A stretch of DNA of 64,000 nucleotides from Tortispora ganteri. Its lineage: Eukaryota. Shown here piece by piece: positions 10,375 through 20,704 of the stretch. A program made the translations under genes and the position numbers. How positions within the stretch are numbered: position 1 is the first letter of the stretch; the number at the start of each line of letters is the position of its first letter. The stretch lies in contig PPNB01000008.1 in the NCBI GenBank assembly GCA_003707115.1, positions 1 to 64,000 on the forward strand, given 5' to 3'. The notes under the pieces are model-generated. The model made no database searches, had not been told where the DNA came from, and worked only from the letters and a program-made list of their open reading frames with translations.

Positions 10375-11553
10375 ATGAGCTCAGTAGTTGACACAGAAGC
10401 GGAAGTGGGTCCGATCAGACATCCTATCGATAACGACGGACTCAACAAGTACATCAAAGAGAACGTCCCCAGCATCAAATTACCTATCACCGTGAAACAG
10501 TTCGGTTATGGACAATCTAATCCATCTTACTTATTAACCGACGTGAACTCAAATAAGTACGTGCTGCGCAGGAAACCGCCAGGAAAAATTGTTTCAAAGA
10601 CTGCCCATGCGGTAGATCGCGAGTACTACATGCTAGGCGCCGTCGCCAAGGCTTCTAATGGCCAAATACCTGTCCCTAAAGTGTACTGTCTCTGTAAGGA
10701 TGCGAGCGTCATTGGATCGGAGTTCTACATCATGCAGTTTATCAAGGGAAGAATTTTCCATTCTCCGGCCTTTCCCGATACCCCAGCTGTTGATCGCCGT
10801 GCATACTGGAACGAGGCTATCAGCATGCTCGCCCGTCTGCATGCCGTTGACGCTTCCAAGCTTGTCCTTCCTGCAGAGCTGCACTTCCCTAAAGTGAGCG
10901 CTAACGCCACTCGTGGCTTCTACGAGCGACAAGTGACAACGCTGACAAAAGTGGGCGATGCACAAGCCGAGGTCATAGACAAAAACACAGGTAAGCCTAT
11001 CGGTGCGATCCCTCATTTCGCCGAGATTGGTGCCTACCTTAACCAACACCGCCCCGCGGACGACCGTCAGAGACAGACTATTGTTCACGGCGACTACAAG
11101 ATCGACAATCTAATTTACCACCCGAGCGAGCCCAAGATCATTGGCGTCCTCGACTGGGAGCTATGCACCATTGGCCACCCACTCTCAGACCTAGGAAACC
11201 TGCTGATGCCTTATTTCTTGCCTTCGCCGAATGCGCCCAAGGAACTTGGAGAAATTTCTAAGGCCGGAGAGGTGTTTACTGGCTTTGCCTACGCTCCTCT
11301 GCCGCCAGGGCTCCCCTCAAAAGAGGAGAATATCGCGCTTTACACCAAGCTCGCCGGATGGAACCCGTCTGATAACTGGAGATTTGCCGAAGTGTTTGCT
11401 TACTTCCGATTAGCTGTTATTATGCACGGCATTGCCGCAAGATTCGCTGCTGGAAACGCCAACTCCACTAAGGCTGGTACTTACGGATCGAGATATCCAA
11501 TTCTGGCGAATATGGCGTACAGCGCGGTGACAGAAACAAAATCACACTTATAG
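10375..11553 (+). CDS. Aminoglycoside-phosphotransferase-like kinase (ACAD10/11 N-terminal-like), probably peroxisomal
   Basis: QFGYGQSNPSY, VLRRKPPG, AHAVDREY, HGDYKIDNL, VLDWEL; C-terminal -SHL (PTS1-like). Confidence 0.88.
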   Translation: MSSVVDTEAEVGPIRHPIDNDGLNKYIKENVPSIKLPITVKQFGYGQSNPSYLLTDVNSNKYVLRRKPPGKIVSKTAHAVDREYYMLGAVAKASNGQIPVPKVYCLCKDASVIGSEFYIMQFIKGRIFHSPAFPDTPAVDRRAYWNEAISMLARLHAVDASKLVLPAELHFPKVSANATRGFYERQVTTLTKVGDAQAEVIDKNTGKPIGAIPHFAEIGAYLNQHRPADDRQRQTIVHGDYKIDNLIYHPSEPKIIGVLDWELCTIGHPLSDLGNLLMPYFLPSPNAPKELGEISKAGEVFTGFAYAPLPPGLPSKEENIALYTKLAGWNPSDNWRFAEVFAYFRLAVIMHGIAARFAAGNANSTKAGTYGSRYPILANMAYSAVTETKSHL

Positions 11554-11687
11554 GCTGAAGCCTTCTATCTGCTTCTAAACAATACAACGGTGAATTAAGT
11601 AAATGTTCATGTATGAGTCATTATTTTGTAGAGCCGCCCGTCAGTGCACGCTGTTCTTTTATGCAGAGAGCAGTTGAGCGCAGCAAA

Positions 11688-12836
11688 TCATGGTAGCTCG
11701 TCGTCACTATAATCAATTGCAAACTGATTCGAGTGTGCGTTATTGTATCTAGGCGTCATGCTGTCCAGGCTCAAATTTTCTCCGTCTTCGCCAAGGTTCT
11801 GGTACCCGCTTCGCGCAGAGTACGTAGTTGACCGCCGATGTCTTGCTATCTGCATACTGCGTCTAGATTCAAAAGCTGACACGCCATTGTCCATAGGAAC
11901 ATCTTGTATACCCATTGCGCCTGAATTTCCAAACAAGCCCTCGACAGGCACAGACGATTTGGCAATGTTCAACAGATAGACACCGGAAAAAATCGTTAAA
12001 AATCCGCACAACAGCGAGATGGTATTCGTTGCATCAGTAGTATTGAAACCGCCAAAAAGCAAGAATGAAGCTGTAAGAGTGGCAGTTGTGAAAGTAACGT
12101 AATAAAGTAGATTGACAATAGAAGTGTCAAACTGGTCCAGAGCCTTGTTGAGGTAGTTCATCTGAACTAAGATGCAGCAAACGATCACAGCGGCAAATAT
12201 ATAGGTAGATGGGTAGATAAACTGGTTGCTTCCGGATAGCGTTAATTTAACTGCAATTCCAAAACCTTTAATAGCCATAACGGAAATAGAACCGGCAACA
12301 GAGCAGATAGACAAGAATACCAAAGGGTTTTTGCGGCCGTATATTGGAGCCACACGGTAGATCATAACAACACAGAAAACCAAGGACAATATAACATACA
12401 GTAAAAATGCAGGATGAACAGCATATTCTAAAATTTCATTAACGGTCTGAACATCTTTGTCTGGTGGAGCATGCAATACAATAATCACAGAACCGAGCAG
12501 GCATATAGCACATCCCATACGACCAAGAAGACCAAGCTCTTCTTTGAGAAATATAGATGCCAGAACGGCACCTATAAGCACGCTTAACGCACCAAGAGGT
12601 GTGACCAGGATTGCAGGAGCAAACGTGTATGCTGCGAAGTTTGCAATTTCACCCACTACCATCGTGAGCATGCCTGCCCACCAAATGGGGTTACGAAGAT
12701 ACTCGTACCCTTCGCCATCAAATCCCTGCTTATCGGACGCATCCATAAGTCCTTTTTTAGTAATAATAAAACTCGTACCGATTGCAAGACTACTGCTTAT
12801 TGCTAAGCCCAGTCCTATGTATTTTTCTTCGATCAT
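11688..12836 (-). CDS. NIPA-family magnesium transporter
   Basis: KYIGLGLAISSSLAIGTSFIITKKGL, YLRNPIWWAG, GEIANFAAYTFAPAILVTPLGALSV, QMNYLNKAL. Confidence 0.92.
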   Translation of the reverse strand: MIEEKYIGLGLAISSSLAIGTSFIITKKGLMDASDKQGFDGEGYEYLRNPIWWAGMLTMVVGEIANFAAYTFAPAILVTPLGALSVLIGAVLASIFLKEELGLLGRMGCAICLLGSVIIVLHAPPDKDVQTVNEILEYAVHPAFLLYVILSLVFCVVMIYRVAPIYGRKNPLVFLSICSVAGSISVMAIKGFGIAVKLTLSGSNQFIYPSTYIFAAVIVCCILVQMNYLNKALDQFDTSIVNLLYYVTFTTATLTASFLLFGGFNTTDATNTISLLCGFLTIFSGVYLLNIAKSSVPVEGLFGNSGAMGIQDVPMDNGVSAFESRRSMQIARHRRSTTYSARSGYQNLGEDGENLSLDSMTPRYNNAHSNQFAIDYSDDELP

Positions 12837-13130
12837 ATTGAAAAAGAGCGCTCCAGAAGCTGCCCGATATTAAGCATAAACCTCGGTAAGATCAAACAAC
12901 TATAACTTCAGCTGAAGCAAAACAAGAAGCAATATTTAATAATGAAAGAACGGCCAGCGAAAAGTCGGTTAATAAAGGAAAAGGTATGTGTAAGATAGCA
13001 GACAGGGTGTGTTAGTATGAGCGAAGGGAAAGGATCCATAGCAACCACGAGAACACTAATAGCCGCAAGCCCGCCCTATTGGCGCCTCATAGTGTCAGGG
13101 AACAGTTCGAAAAGGGTATAAAACGTGCAG

Positions 13131-14738
13131 TTATGAGCCTGTCGCAACACGTTTGGGTTCTGGAGAAGCAGAGCTGAAGGACCTCTTTCTCGTATTAGGA
13201 AAGTCTATGTCGAGATCGCTAGGATCCACTTCAAGGTAGCTTGAATTGGTGACTTCCACAGCTTCCTGGTAGAAGGATGTAACGGTCTTATCTCTGGTTA
13301 GAGGTTCAGTCACAACTGGAGATGACTGTAAAATTGCAGTTTCCTCAAAGTCAGTAACTTCTTCTACTTGCTCAAAAGTATACAAATTGTCAGAAACAAC
13401 CGAGCTAGGTTCTTCCACCTCCGGTTGGAGGTGAGTGTCGGGATTACTGGCATCGGCGTCAAGCGCTGGAGAAGCTTCAATAACAAGAGCACTATCATCA
13501 GCAGGGATTTCAATTCGTGGAGATTCGTGTAAATTACCTAGATCCGGTTGATCTCGGTTGGGGATATCTGAAGGGTTATTGGTATCAGGGGTATTAGTAG
13601 AAACAGGAGGGGAAAGTACAGGTGATCTTGGAGAGTGGGGCTCTCCGACTAAAGCTGAGACAGCCGCTGCTATTGAACTTAGACCTTCGCCGTTCCTTGC
13701 AAGGTCAGCTACTATGTTATATTTAGCAGCAACTCTTTTTCTTATTGAAAGATGAATCTCAAACACGTCGACGGATTGCAAGTTCTTTTTCAGGTCGTTT
13801 GATCTGAGTTCGTAAAAGAGATCCAGTAGATCGTATAAAGTCATTTCGTTGCAAGCTATATCGTCTTCGCATATTTGCAGGCCCAATGGAGCTGCCAGTA
13901 GTATAAGTTCATCATCAACTGAAGAGACATCAAATGACGCACGGCAGACCTGAAAAAGTGTCAATAGACTTGAGTTAGCTAGAGACAAATCTTCAGTGAT
14001 GAACACGTCAGATGTCGGAAACAGGTGTTTCTTCATATCATGTAGAGTTATAATAATAGGGATGTCTTGGTTCACTGAATTTTCATTGCTGGATTCTGGC
14101 GATTGTTCAGCCGGCCGGGAATCAGAGAAGGAATCGAGCCTGCTGTTGCGTTCTAAATCAGGCGCTGAGTCCTCATTCGTTGATTCAACAGGTAAAGGAT
14201 TATCGTCGTTGTTGACCCTGATAACTTTCTCAGAAGCCTCAGCGGTTTCATCCGTGGGTTCAGCATTATCAGGTTGTGCCTGATCAAGAACTTTAGGCTC
14301 TATTGGATTCGAAGGAGACTCGCTTGGGGTAGCAGGGGTAACTTCGGGAATCGATTCAAATTTAGTTGAATCAGGAGCGTCAAGTTGATCGGCATCAGGG
14401 ACGTTTGTAGTGGTATCAGGAGCAGAATCGTGTTCGGGATCAAGTACAGGGTCAATATCATCAATATCAGCTTCTGTAGTCTCATTATTAGTCTGAAATG
14501 CATCGTTCAAAGTTTCTTCTGCAACTTGACCTACCTCTTCATGGGTATCCTCGTCGATATAGTCCTCATAGAGAGGCGTCATGGAATCGCTAAGAGATTC
14601 GATATTGTTATCTTCATTCTCCTGTTCAATGGGGGAGTCATCCATCTCCAAGTCATCGTCGTTGCTCGGAGTGATTTCCATTTCAACGTCAATGTCTGAG
14701 TACACATCCCTGTCAAGATCTTCGTCTAGCACGAGCAT
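13131..14738 (-). CDS. RMR1: Acidic protein with Rmr1/DUF2420-like domain
   Basis: Very acidic and disordered, with a central folded block (HLFP...ELILLAAPLGLQICEDDIACNEMTLYDLLDLF) recalled as Rmr1-like. C-terminal NLS-like RKRS/PKRV. First ATG at 14738. Confidence 0.55.
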   Translation of the reverse strand: MLVLDEDLDRDVYSDIDVEMEITPSNDDDLEMDDSPIEQENEDNNIESLSDSMTPLYEDYIDEDTHEEVGQVAEETLNDAFQTNNETTEADIDDIDPVLDPEHDSAPDTTTNVPDADQLDAPDSTKFESIPEVTPATPSESPSNPIEPKVLDQAQPDNAEPTDETAEASEKVIRVNNDDNPLPVESTNEDSAPDLERNSRLDSFSDSRPAEQSPESSNENSVNQDIPIIITLHDMKKHLFPTSDVFITEDLSLANSSLLTLFQVCRASFDVSSVDDELILLAAPLGLQICEDDIACNEMTLYDLLDLFYELRSNDLKKNLQSVDVFEIHLSIRKRVAAKYNIVADLARNGEGLSSIAAAVSALVGEPHSPRSPVLSPPVSTNTPDTNNPSDIPNRDQPDLGNLHESPRIEIPADDSALVIEASPALDADASNPDTHLQPEVEEPSSVVSDNLYTFEQVEEVTDFEETAILQSSPVVTEPLTRDKTVTSFYQEAVEVTNSSYLEVDPSDLDIDFPNTRKRSFSSASPEPKRVATGS

Positions 14739-14975
14739 AGCTGCAAAATATGGCACTGAAAGGGCAAATGCTGGGGCTGGTCAGAATTCCTTTCGTCGTT
14801 CAGAGGGAGTTTCCCATTTGCGGGCAAAGCTAAAAGTGTTGTGATGGTTGGCACAGCAACCACAAGAGGGGGGGGGGGGGTTGGATTTTTGAATAGCATT
14901 TTTGTATGTACAAGAATCGTCAAGGGCTTGCGTTTTACAAGCACGCGCGATATTCGAGCGAAGCCATAGAGAACT

Positions 14976-15743
14976 ATGGCAGTAATAGCGGCGAGTATTT
15001 TCACTAAAACGGGGAAACCGGTTATTTCGCGGCAGTTCAAGGAGATATCGCGAGGGTCGGTTGACTCGTTACTGTCGGCATTCACGAAACTATGGACAGG
15101 TGGCACACAAAGTGGGTCGCAGCACACGCTGATTGAAGACGGAAATAGCCGATACCTTTACCAGCCTACGGGCGATGTTTATGTTGTATTGGTAACCTCT
15201 AAGGGTTCTAATATAATGCAAGATATTTCAAGTCTTAGGCTGTTTTCTCAAGTAGTCACGCAGACTTGCCGTAACTGCACAGAACAGGAGGTTATCGACA
15301 ATGCGTTTGAACTTTTTGCCGCGTTTGACGAGATAATCGCACTAGGGTACCGCGAAAACGTAACGCTGAACCAAGTACGAACGTTTTTGGCGATGGAAAG
15401 CCACGAGGAAAAGATTCACGAGATCATTGCGCGTAACAAGGAACTTGAGGCCAGCGAAGAGCGCAAACGTCGTGCTAAACAGCTCGAGATACAGAGAAGA
15501 GAACTCGCTAAACAGAAAGCTATGACTGCAAGAACTTCTATGTCGTCTATGAGTCACCAACAACCGCAATATATACCGGTTCGCGGGCCAGAAGTCGAGA
15601 CTACGAGCGGAGGAGCGGAATTCGACGACTTTGACAGCCACTCTCAGCTGTTATCTGGGCAAAGCAGCTTCAGCGGTAGACCTACGGGCGGTTCAAGCAA
15701 AAAAGGAATGTCATTGGGATCTAAGAAGACCCGGGCTTTGTAA
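14976..15743 (+). CDS. RET2: Coatomer delta subunit, short form (longin domain plus helix, no mu-homology domain)
   Basis: MAVIAASIFTKTGKPVISRQF, SNIMQDISSLRLF, LAMESHEEKIHEIIARNKELEA; stop after 255 aa. Confidence 0.92.
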   Translation: MAVIAASIFTKTGKPVISRQFKEISRGSVDSLLSAFTKLWTGGTQSGSQHTLIEDGNSRYLYQPTGDVYVVLVTSKGSNIMQDISSLRLFSQVVTQTCRNCTEQEVIDNAFELFAAFDEIIALGYRENVTLNQVRTFLAMESHEEKIHEIIARNKELEASEERKRRAKQLEIQRRELAKQKAMTARTSMSSMSHQQPQYIPVRGPEVETTSGGAEFDDFDSHSQLLSGQSSFSGRPTGGSSKKGMSLGSKKTRAL

Positions 15744-15804
15744 GTATATATGGTGCGTGTGAAACGGAGAAGCTGTCACAGGTGCCGTCAGAGCGCGCAC
15801 TAAC

Positions 15805-16848
15805 CTACAGCGCATAGACTTCTGCGGGCATTGCGACGTGTATGCTGCACTGAAGATGGGTTTGCTGGATTTTTTTGCTGATCTGTTCAGTGAGAACCAC
15901 GGGTATAGTTGCGCCGTTCTCTTCCATCTTTGCGTGCGTGAAAAACACCGAAAGGCCCTGTAGATTGGAAGAAGATATATGACTTAAAGACAAGAGTTCT
16001 TGTATGGCATAAGTAGGAGTAAGGTGTCCGAACAAGCAATCACTAGGGCGGTCGTCCGCGTAGGAACATTCCATGAACAATGCACGTAGTTTGTTAGCCT
16101 GGACGAAGGGCGCGACTTGCTTCCAGAGCGAGCTGTTGTAATTTTTCTTCGAGATGGAATCGGCTTCCATGTCGCCGAGGAAAAGAGCGTATGTATCTGA
16201 AGAGCTATTTCTGACGAGGAAACCCAATGACAGAACGTTACCGTGCGATAATGGGAATGCAATAGCTTCTAGGCCATTGGCTATGGGTATATAAGAGTTT
16301 GAATCTATTTCGTGCAAGGAGATCAGTCCTGTGCCGGAGGTTGTGAGATCGGGCCATATAGAGCCGTTAAATATATGCTTCTGGAGAAGATCAATTGAAT
16401 GTTGGCTAGAGTAGACGCATTTGGGCGATTGTGGGACAAAGACAGGTGAGCAGAGCGCAAGCGCAGAGATGTGATCTAGGTGCGCGTGTGTGATGCAGAA
16501 TGACTTGATTAGATGACGTACGACGTGAATGCAGTTGTCGTATAGTGCTCTAGTAGGCGAGGAATCCATCTTAAAAGGCAAAGCGGAATCGGCAATCATA
16601 TTTTCGTCTATTCTTATGGGATTGGTTTGGGGCATACCTCTTTTGAGTAGCTGAGCGAGCGGATCATTAGGGAGCAGCTGCAGAAGTAGTCCATTTCGCA
16701 GCCCCGAAAGAAGGGAGCCGGCGTCCAGCGCCGCAAGACATCCGTCATCCCACCTTTCACTGTATGCTTTTATCAGAAAACAGGTGCATGAATCTTCAAA
16801 GGGGCCGCCACGCGGTCCCAACGCGCTGACGAGGAATTGTGGTTCCAT
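15805..16848 (-). CDS. PDE1: Class II low-affinity cAMP phosphodiesterase
   Basis: GGPFE, DAGS, ITHAHLDHISAL, IFNGSIWPDL, GDMEAD, ECSY, LFGHLTP. Confidence 0.92.
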   Translation of the reverse strand: MEPQFLVSALGPRGGPFEDSCTCFLIKAYSERWDDGCLAALDAGSLLSGLRNGLLLQLLPNDPLAQLLKRGMPQTNPIRIDENMIADSALPFKMDSSPTRALYDNCIHVVRHLIKSFCITHAHLDHISALALCSPVFVPQSPKCVYSSQHSIDLLQKHIFNGSIWPDLTTSGTGLISLHEIDSNSYIPIANGLEAIAFPLSHGNVLSLGFLVRNSSSDTYALFLGDMEADSISKKNYNSSLWKQVAPFVQANKLRALFMECSYADDRPSDCLFGHLTPTYAIQELLSLSHISSSNLQGLSVFFTHAKMEENGATIPVVLTEQISKKIQQTHLQCSIHVAMPAEVYAL

Positions 16849-17233
16849 GGCGGGTGTGGGTCAGCAGTCTTGTGGGGGAGAGGGAAGAAAAAGAGCCACC
16901 TAGACGGCGGTAGAGTCAAATAGATACTAGGAGTATGGGTTATAACAGGGTACAGGGTTTACCAGTAATATAACCACTGCTGCCATTACAGGGCTGCGTG
17001 AGGCTACGAAGGCTGGCAGGTCGGCGCGAGTATAGTAGATGCGCGATGTACTGAAAATTGGATGTAAAGATTTTATACAAGTATGATGAGCAGCATGGGT
17101 CGAGCGGGGTCTGCACAGGCGGTGTGGTCAAAGCCTGAGTTTAGGCTGCAGGTGTCACAGGAATCAGATTTTCTACAGACAGTGTCTGTATATCTGTGAG
17201 CACGTAGGTCAATTATAGAGAGGGGGAACCGAA

Positions 17234-17616
17234 TTAAACTGCGCCACCGGAATTGACTATGTCTATTTCGAAGTCCTCGACAACCGGGTACTGGAACCGC
17301 TTGGGCAGTTGAAACCTGGCGATGACCTCGCCAGTACTTGCGAGACCAGAGGATTTGACTAGTGGACCGTGTTGCTGCGCCTTTAGTCTATATGCAGCAA
17401 ACGAGCTTGGAAGTTCTTTGTGCGGATCTAATGGGTGCAATTTGGGGGCAAGATCTTGCGTCGCTGCGTTAGATGATGCGGTTAGTTATCGGGACTGTCG
17501 GAAAATCTGAAGTTTATACTTGCAAAATGCGATCTGTTTACTATACCTTTCTGCCAGGTTCGACGACCAATGAATTGAATAAGTGGCTTGTGCCATAATA
17601 TCAGCGCCTGTCGCAT
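17234..17616 (-). CDS. KGD4: Alpha-ketoglutarate dehydrogenase subunit 4 (Ymr31/MRPS36 family); exons 17616-17547 and 17463-17234
   Basis: Spliced product MRQALILWHKPLIQFIGRRTWQKATQDLAPKLHP...RFQLPKRFQY...EIDIVNSGGAV. Intron 17546-17464 (GTATAG...ACTAAC...CAG) restores the frame. Confidence 0.85.
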
Positions 17617-17864
17617 TTCTGGCTGCTTTTATAAATGCGCAAAAGTGTATGAACCGGGTTATATTCGATATCGGAGTGGGAAAAAGGGTGTTGCGCAGTT
17701 CCCGGTCGTTGCTATGCTGAGAACCACTACCGCCTGGACTGCAGACAGTTGCAGTAAGAGAGTAAGCATATAAATACAAAAAAAAAAGAGAGAAGCAAAA
17801 AAAAAAATAAAAATAGCAGTGTGTATAATTGTTATGCGCGTGTCATTCATCAGTATGTCGGCAG

Positions 17865-19190
17865 CTACCTAGGGATCGCCGGGTATCGCTTTCCGCGAAT
17901 GCCAAAGATCTTTTGATTTACTTGGTAGACTTCCGAGGTATTTACATAATTAACTTCCCATCGAGTAGAACCGAACACATTGTCGCCTGGAGTGAGCAGG
18001 ACATCGAGTTTGTCGCCGTAGTTAGATTGCAGCCAATTCCAGTCTTGTAACATGTCCTGCTCGTGGTACGCAGTCGAGAATACCACGCATTTCGACTCCA
18101 GCAGTCCCTCGACAGTAGCGTTCCATTCGCCAGCAGCCTCTTTGGCTCCCAGTCCTGGCTGGAATAGGAAGAAAGCGTCAAGGTACGGGTCATAGGGGAA
18201 GAAGTCCCCAGACTGGTGCAGTTTGTCAAAAGTTTCAGTGTAATAGACGAGCGAAAGCCTTTCGTCGATGCGAATAGTTTCGGGCTGTTCGAGGTACATA
18301 TAACGACGTTCACGATGATTATACAGACATTCAGGACCAATAAATACAACCTGAAGGTTGGCACGAGGGAAAAGAATGCTTAGCTGTCTCCAGATGTGAA
18401 CGGGTAACACAGACTCACCTCTAGCGCCAATAACGAACACACGCGCAGGTCTAGATTCGCGCGTGAGGGGTCTGTGTCCCTGCTGTGGCAGCCAGGCGTA
18501 GCGTAAAGCAGCTAGTGACTTCAATCCTTCGTATGTCAGCCTGCCTGAGTGCTTAATAGTGTAAGGAGAATATTCATGAATGGCGGCACCAATTGTGATC
18601 GGGTAAGAGAGCATTTTGGTTGTAGCGGCGAGCTGAAATTCTGTATCCATAGAGTAAAACTCGCGCGTATAGAAGAACATATCCCAATTCATAAAGTTGA
18701 TGGTTGGGTTTAGAGTCGGGTCAATAGTTTCTGGGAAATCGAATTCGGGAAATTCTCGTCCGGATCTCAGATCATGTTCATAGACGTTCACTTTTCGGAG
18801 CTTGTCCTTGACGTGTTCGTGATAGTATGAATCGCTCAAGTATGCTTGCTCGTTTGCGTGGGTCGGAATACCGGCGACTGGACAAACATAGTCAACGGGT
18901 TCACCAGTTACAGGGCACTTGGCGTATTGGCGAATCAGTTTAGCTTTTTGGCGCAGTTCTTCTGAAGGCGACGAATCCCAGGGATGAAACAATTGTTCTT
19001 CGCTCGGTCCAAACTCATCATCAACATCAAGACCAATAAACCGCTTGAACCCAGAAACAAATCCGCTGTTGTTGGACGAATATCTCACTTGGTTGCTTCT
19101 ATTCCTTGTTCGGATTGCAAGACCGATGTTCTGCCCGGAAATCACTTTACGAGCAGTGGCCGCAAACGTGCGCCGAGTAATACTGTGCAT
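17865..19190 (-). CDS. MSS51: Mitochondrial COX1 translational activator
   Basis: FHPWDSSP, AKCPVTG, YEHDLRSGREFPEFDFP, NWDMFFYTREFYSMDTEFQLA, IGARGES. Confidence 0.95.
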   Translation of the reverse strand: MHSITRRTFAATARKVISGQNIGLAIRTRNRSNQVRYSSNNSGFVSGFKRFIGLDVDDEFGPSEEQLFHPWDSSPSEELRQKAKLIRQYAKCPVTGEPVDYVCPVAGIPTHANEQAYLSDSYYHEHVKDKLRKVNVYEHDLRSGREFPEFDFPETIDPTLNPTINFMNWDMFFYTREFYSMDTEFQLAATTKMLSYPITIGAAIHEYSPYTIKHSGRLTYEGLKSLAALRYAWLPQQGHRPLTRESRPARVFVIGARGESVLPVHIWRQLSILFPRANLQVVFIGPECLYNHRERRYMYLEQPETIRIDERLSLVYYTETFDKLHQSGDFFPYDPYLDAFFLFQPGLGAKEAAGEWNATVEGLLESKCVVFSTAYHEQDMLQDWNWLQSNYGDKLDVLLTPGDNVFGSTRWEVNYVNTSEVYQVNQKIFGIRGKRYPAIPR

Positions 19191-19445
19191 TAATAGCCAA
19201 AGAAAACAAACAAGTATTTATCAACTGCTCTATTGGCTTCTAAAAACAGTATTCTGTACTACCAAACAGACAGGAGAAGCGGTACTTTTTTTTCAAGTTA
19301 TTTCGTTGTAGTGGTGGTGGATGGTCCTATTTTTCCTTGCGTTTTCGGGGGCAGGAGGATTTAACCCCTAACCCTAGACAACTCACTTACTTCTACTACC
19401 AAATCCCGCCCCCTCTACACATGACGACACGACACGACACCATAA

Positions 19446-20672
19446 ATGGCCCTAGTCAGCGTTAGAATCCAGTCTTTAGCGACCGGCTCCGAACTTAGTT
19501 CGTATCGGATAGATCCGGAAACAACAGTCGCCGACCTTAAGGCGCAAATAGCAGCAGAGATCGGTGTAGAGGCGCAGCTCATGACGCTTTATTACGGCAG
19601 CCACACCGCAAGCGACCCGGACCAGATTGGTTCTCTGACTGCCGAACCAGAGATCACATTAGAACTGCGCATAAACGACGAACTACAGACAGCAGAAATA
19701 GAAACGACTGTGGCTTCTGAACGTAATCCGATGCAATTCATGCTGCTTCACAGGTCACTGATCCCGGAGTTCGAAAAGCACGGCCACGCTCTCTGCCCCG
19801 CACATCTCATGCAGGTAAACGGGACTGGCGATCTCGTCAAATTGTCGTTTGCTCTTCCACTGGCACCACAGGCAGTCCAGGAACGCACTATCAGAGTGCC
19901 TTTCATAAACAGAGACATCAGTTCAGAGGCTGCGGCTGACATTTTGGCGACAACTTTCACAACTATTGAAACTAGCGTCTCTTTACTGTACAAATTCGGT
20001 CGGGCGTTCATACTTGCTGTGATACTTTGCGATGACAGTACATCTGTCGCATTCTGGGGTGTGCTGTCTGCATCATTTTTGTTCCAGTTGCGGCACACAG
20101 CTGTTATTCGCAAAGTTGTTGACATAGTGTCGCACCTGTTCATGATCTTAGCATTTCGATTTGTACCGGAACCGAACCCGCTGCCCGGACCTGAGTACGA
20201 TGCTGGTATATACGTTAATTTTGACCCCAATGCGCCACAGACGCGCAACAGGGAAGTGCATAGGTTCGGATCGTTCCTCAACCCTATTATTCGGGGACTT
20301 GCTCAATTACAAAGAGGAATTCTCATGCTGTTCCTGAGCTTGTTTCCTGGGGTATTGGATGATTGGATCAGAAGACTGCGCGATGTGGAAGTCCATAGAG
20401 CGAACGAAGCACAAGACGGTGCAGCAGACAGACAAACAGGCAACCAAGCGAATGAGGAACCTGTACCTGAAGTTGCAATTGAAGCGCATGTAGAGCCCGA
20501 TACAGAACCTCTAATTGATCTAGCTGAAGAAATAGATGTGACTGAGGTAAGGTCTAGTGAAACTGTGGCGCAGTCTGACGAAACAAAAAGCATACCAGAA
20601 CATATAAATGCAGTAGACGAAACTGCGCCCTTGCTTTCAAACACAGACGAAACAGATACTACTGCTGAATAG
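19446..20672 (+). CDS. Ubiquitin-like-domain membrane protein (Usa1/Herp-like ERAD scaffold candidate)
   Basis: N-terminal UBL (TTVADLKAQIAAEIG...MTLYYG), a hydrophobic hairpin, LMLFLSLFPG, and an acidic tail. Confidence 0.5.
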   Translation: MALVSVRIQSLATGSELSSYRIDPETTVADLKAQIAAEIGVEAQLMTLYYGSHTASDPDQIGSLTAEPEITLELRINDELQTAEIETTVASERNPMQFMLLHRSLIPEFEKHGHALCPAHLMQVNGTGDLVKLSFALPLAPQAVQERTIRVPFINRDISSEAAADILATTFTTIETSVSLLYKFGRAFILAVILCDDSTSVAFWGVLSASFLFQLRHTAVIRKVVDIVSHLFMILAFRFVPEPNPLPGPEYDAGIYVNFDPNAPQTRNREVHRFGSFLNPIIRGLAQLQRGILMLFLSLFPGVLDDWIRRLRDVEVHRANEAQDGAADRQTGNQANEEPVPEVAIEAHVEPDTEPLIDLAEEIDVTEVRSSETVAQSDETKSIPEHINAVDETAPLLSNTDETDTTAE

Positions 20673-20704
20673 GATCAGCTAATTAATCTTAATGACATTA
20701 CATA

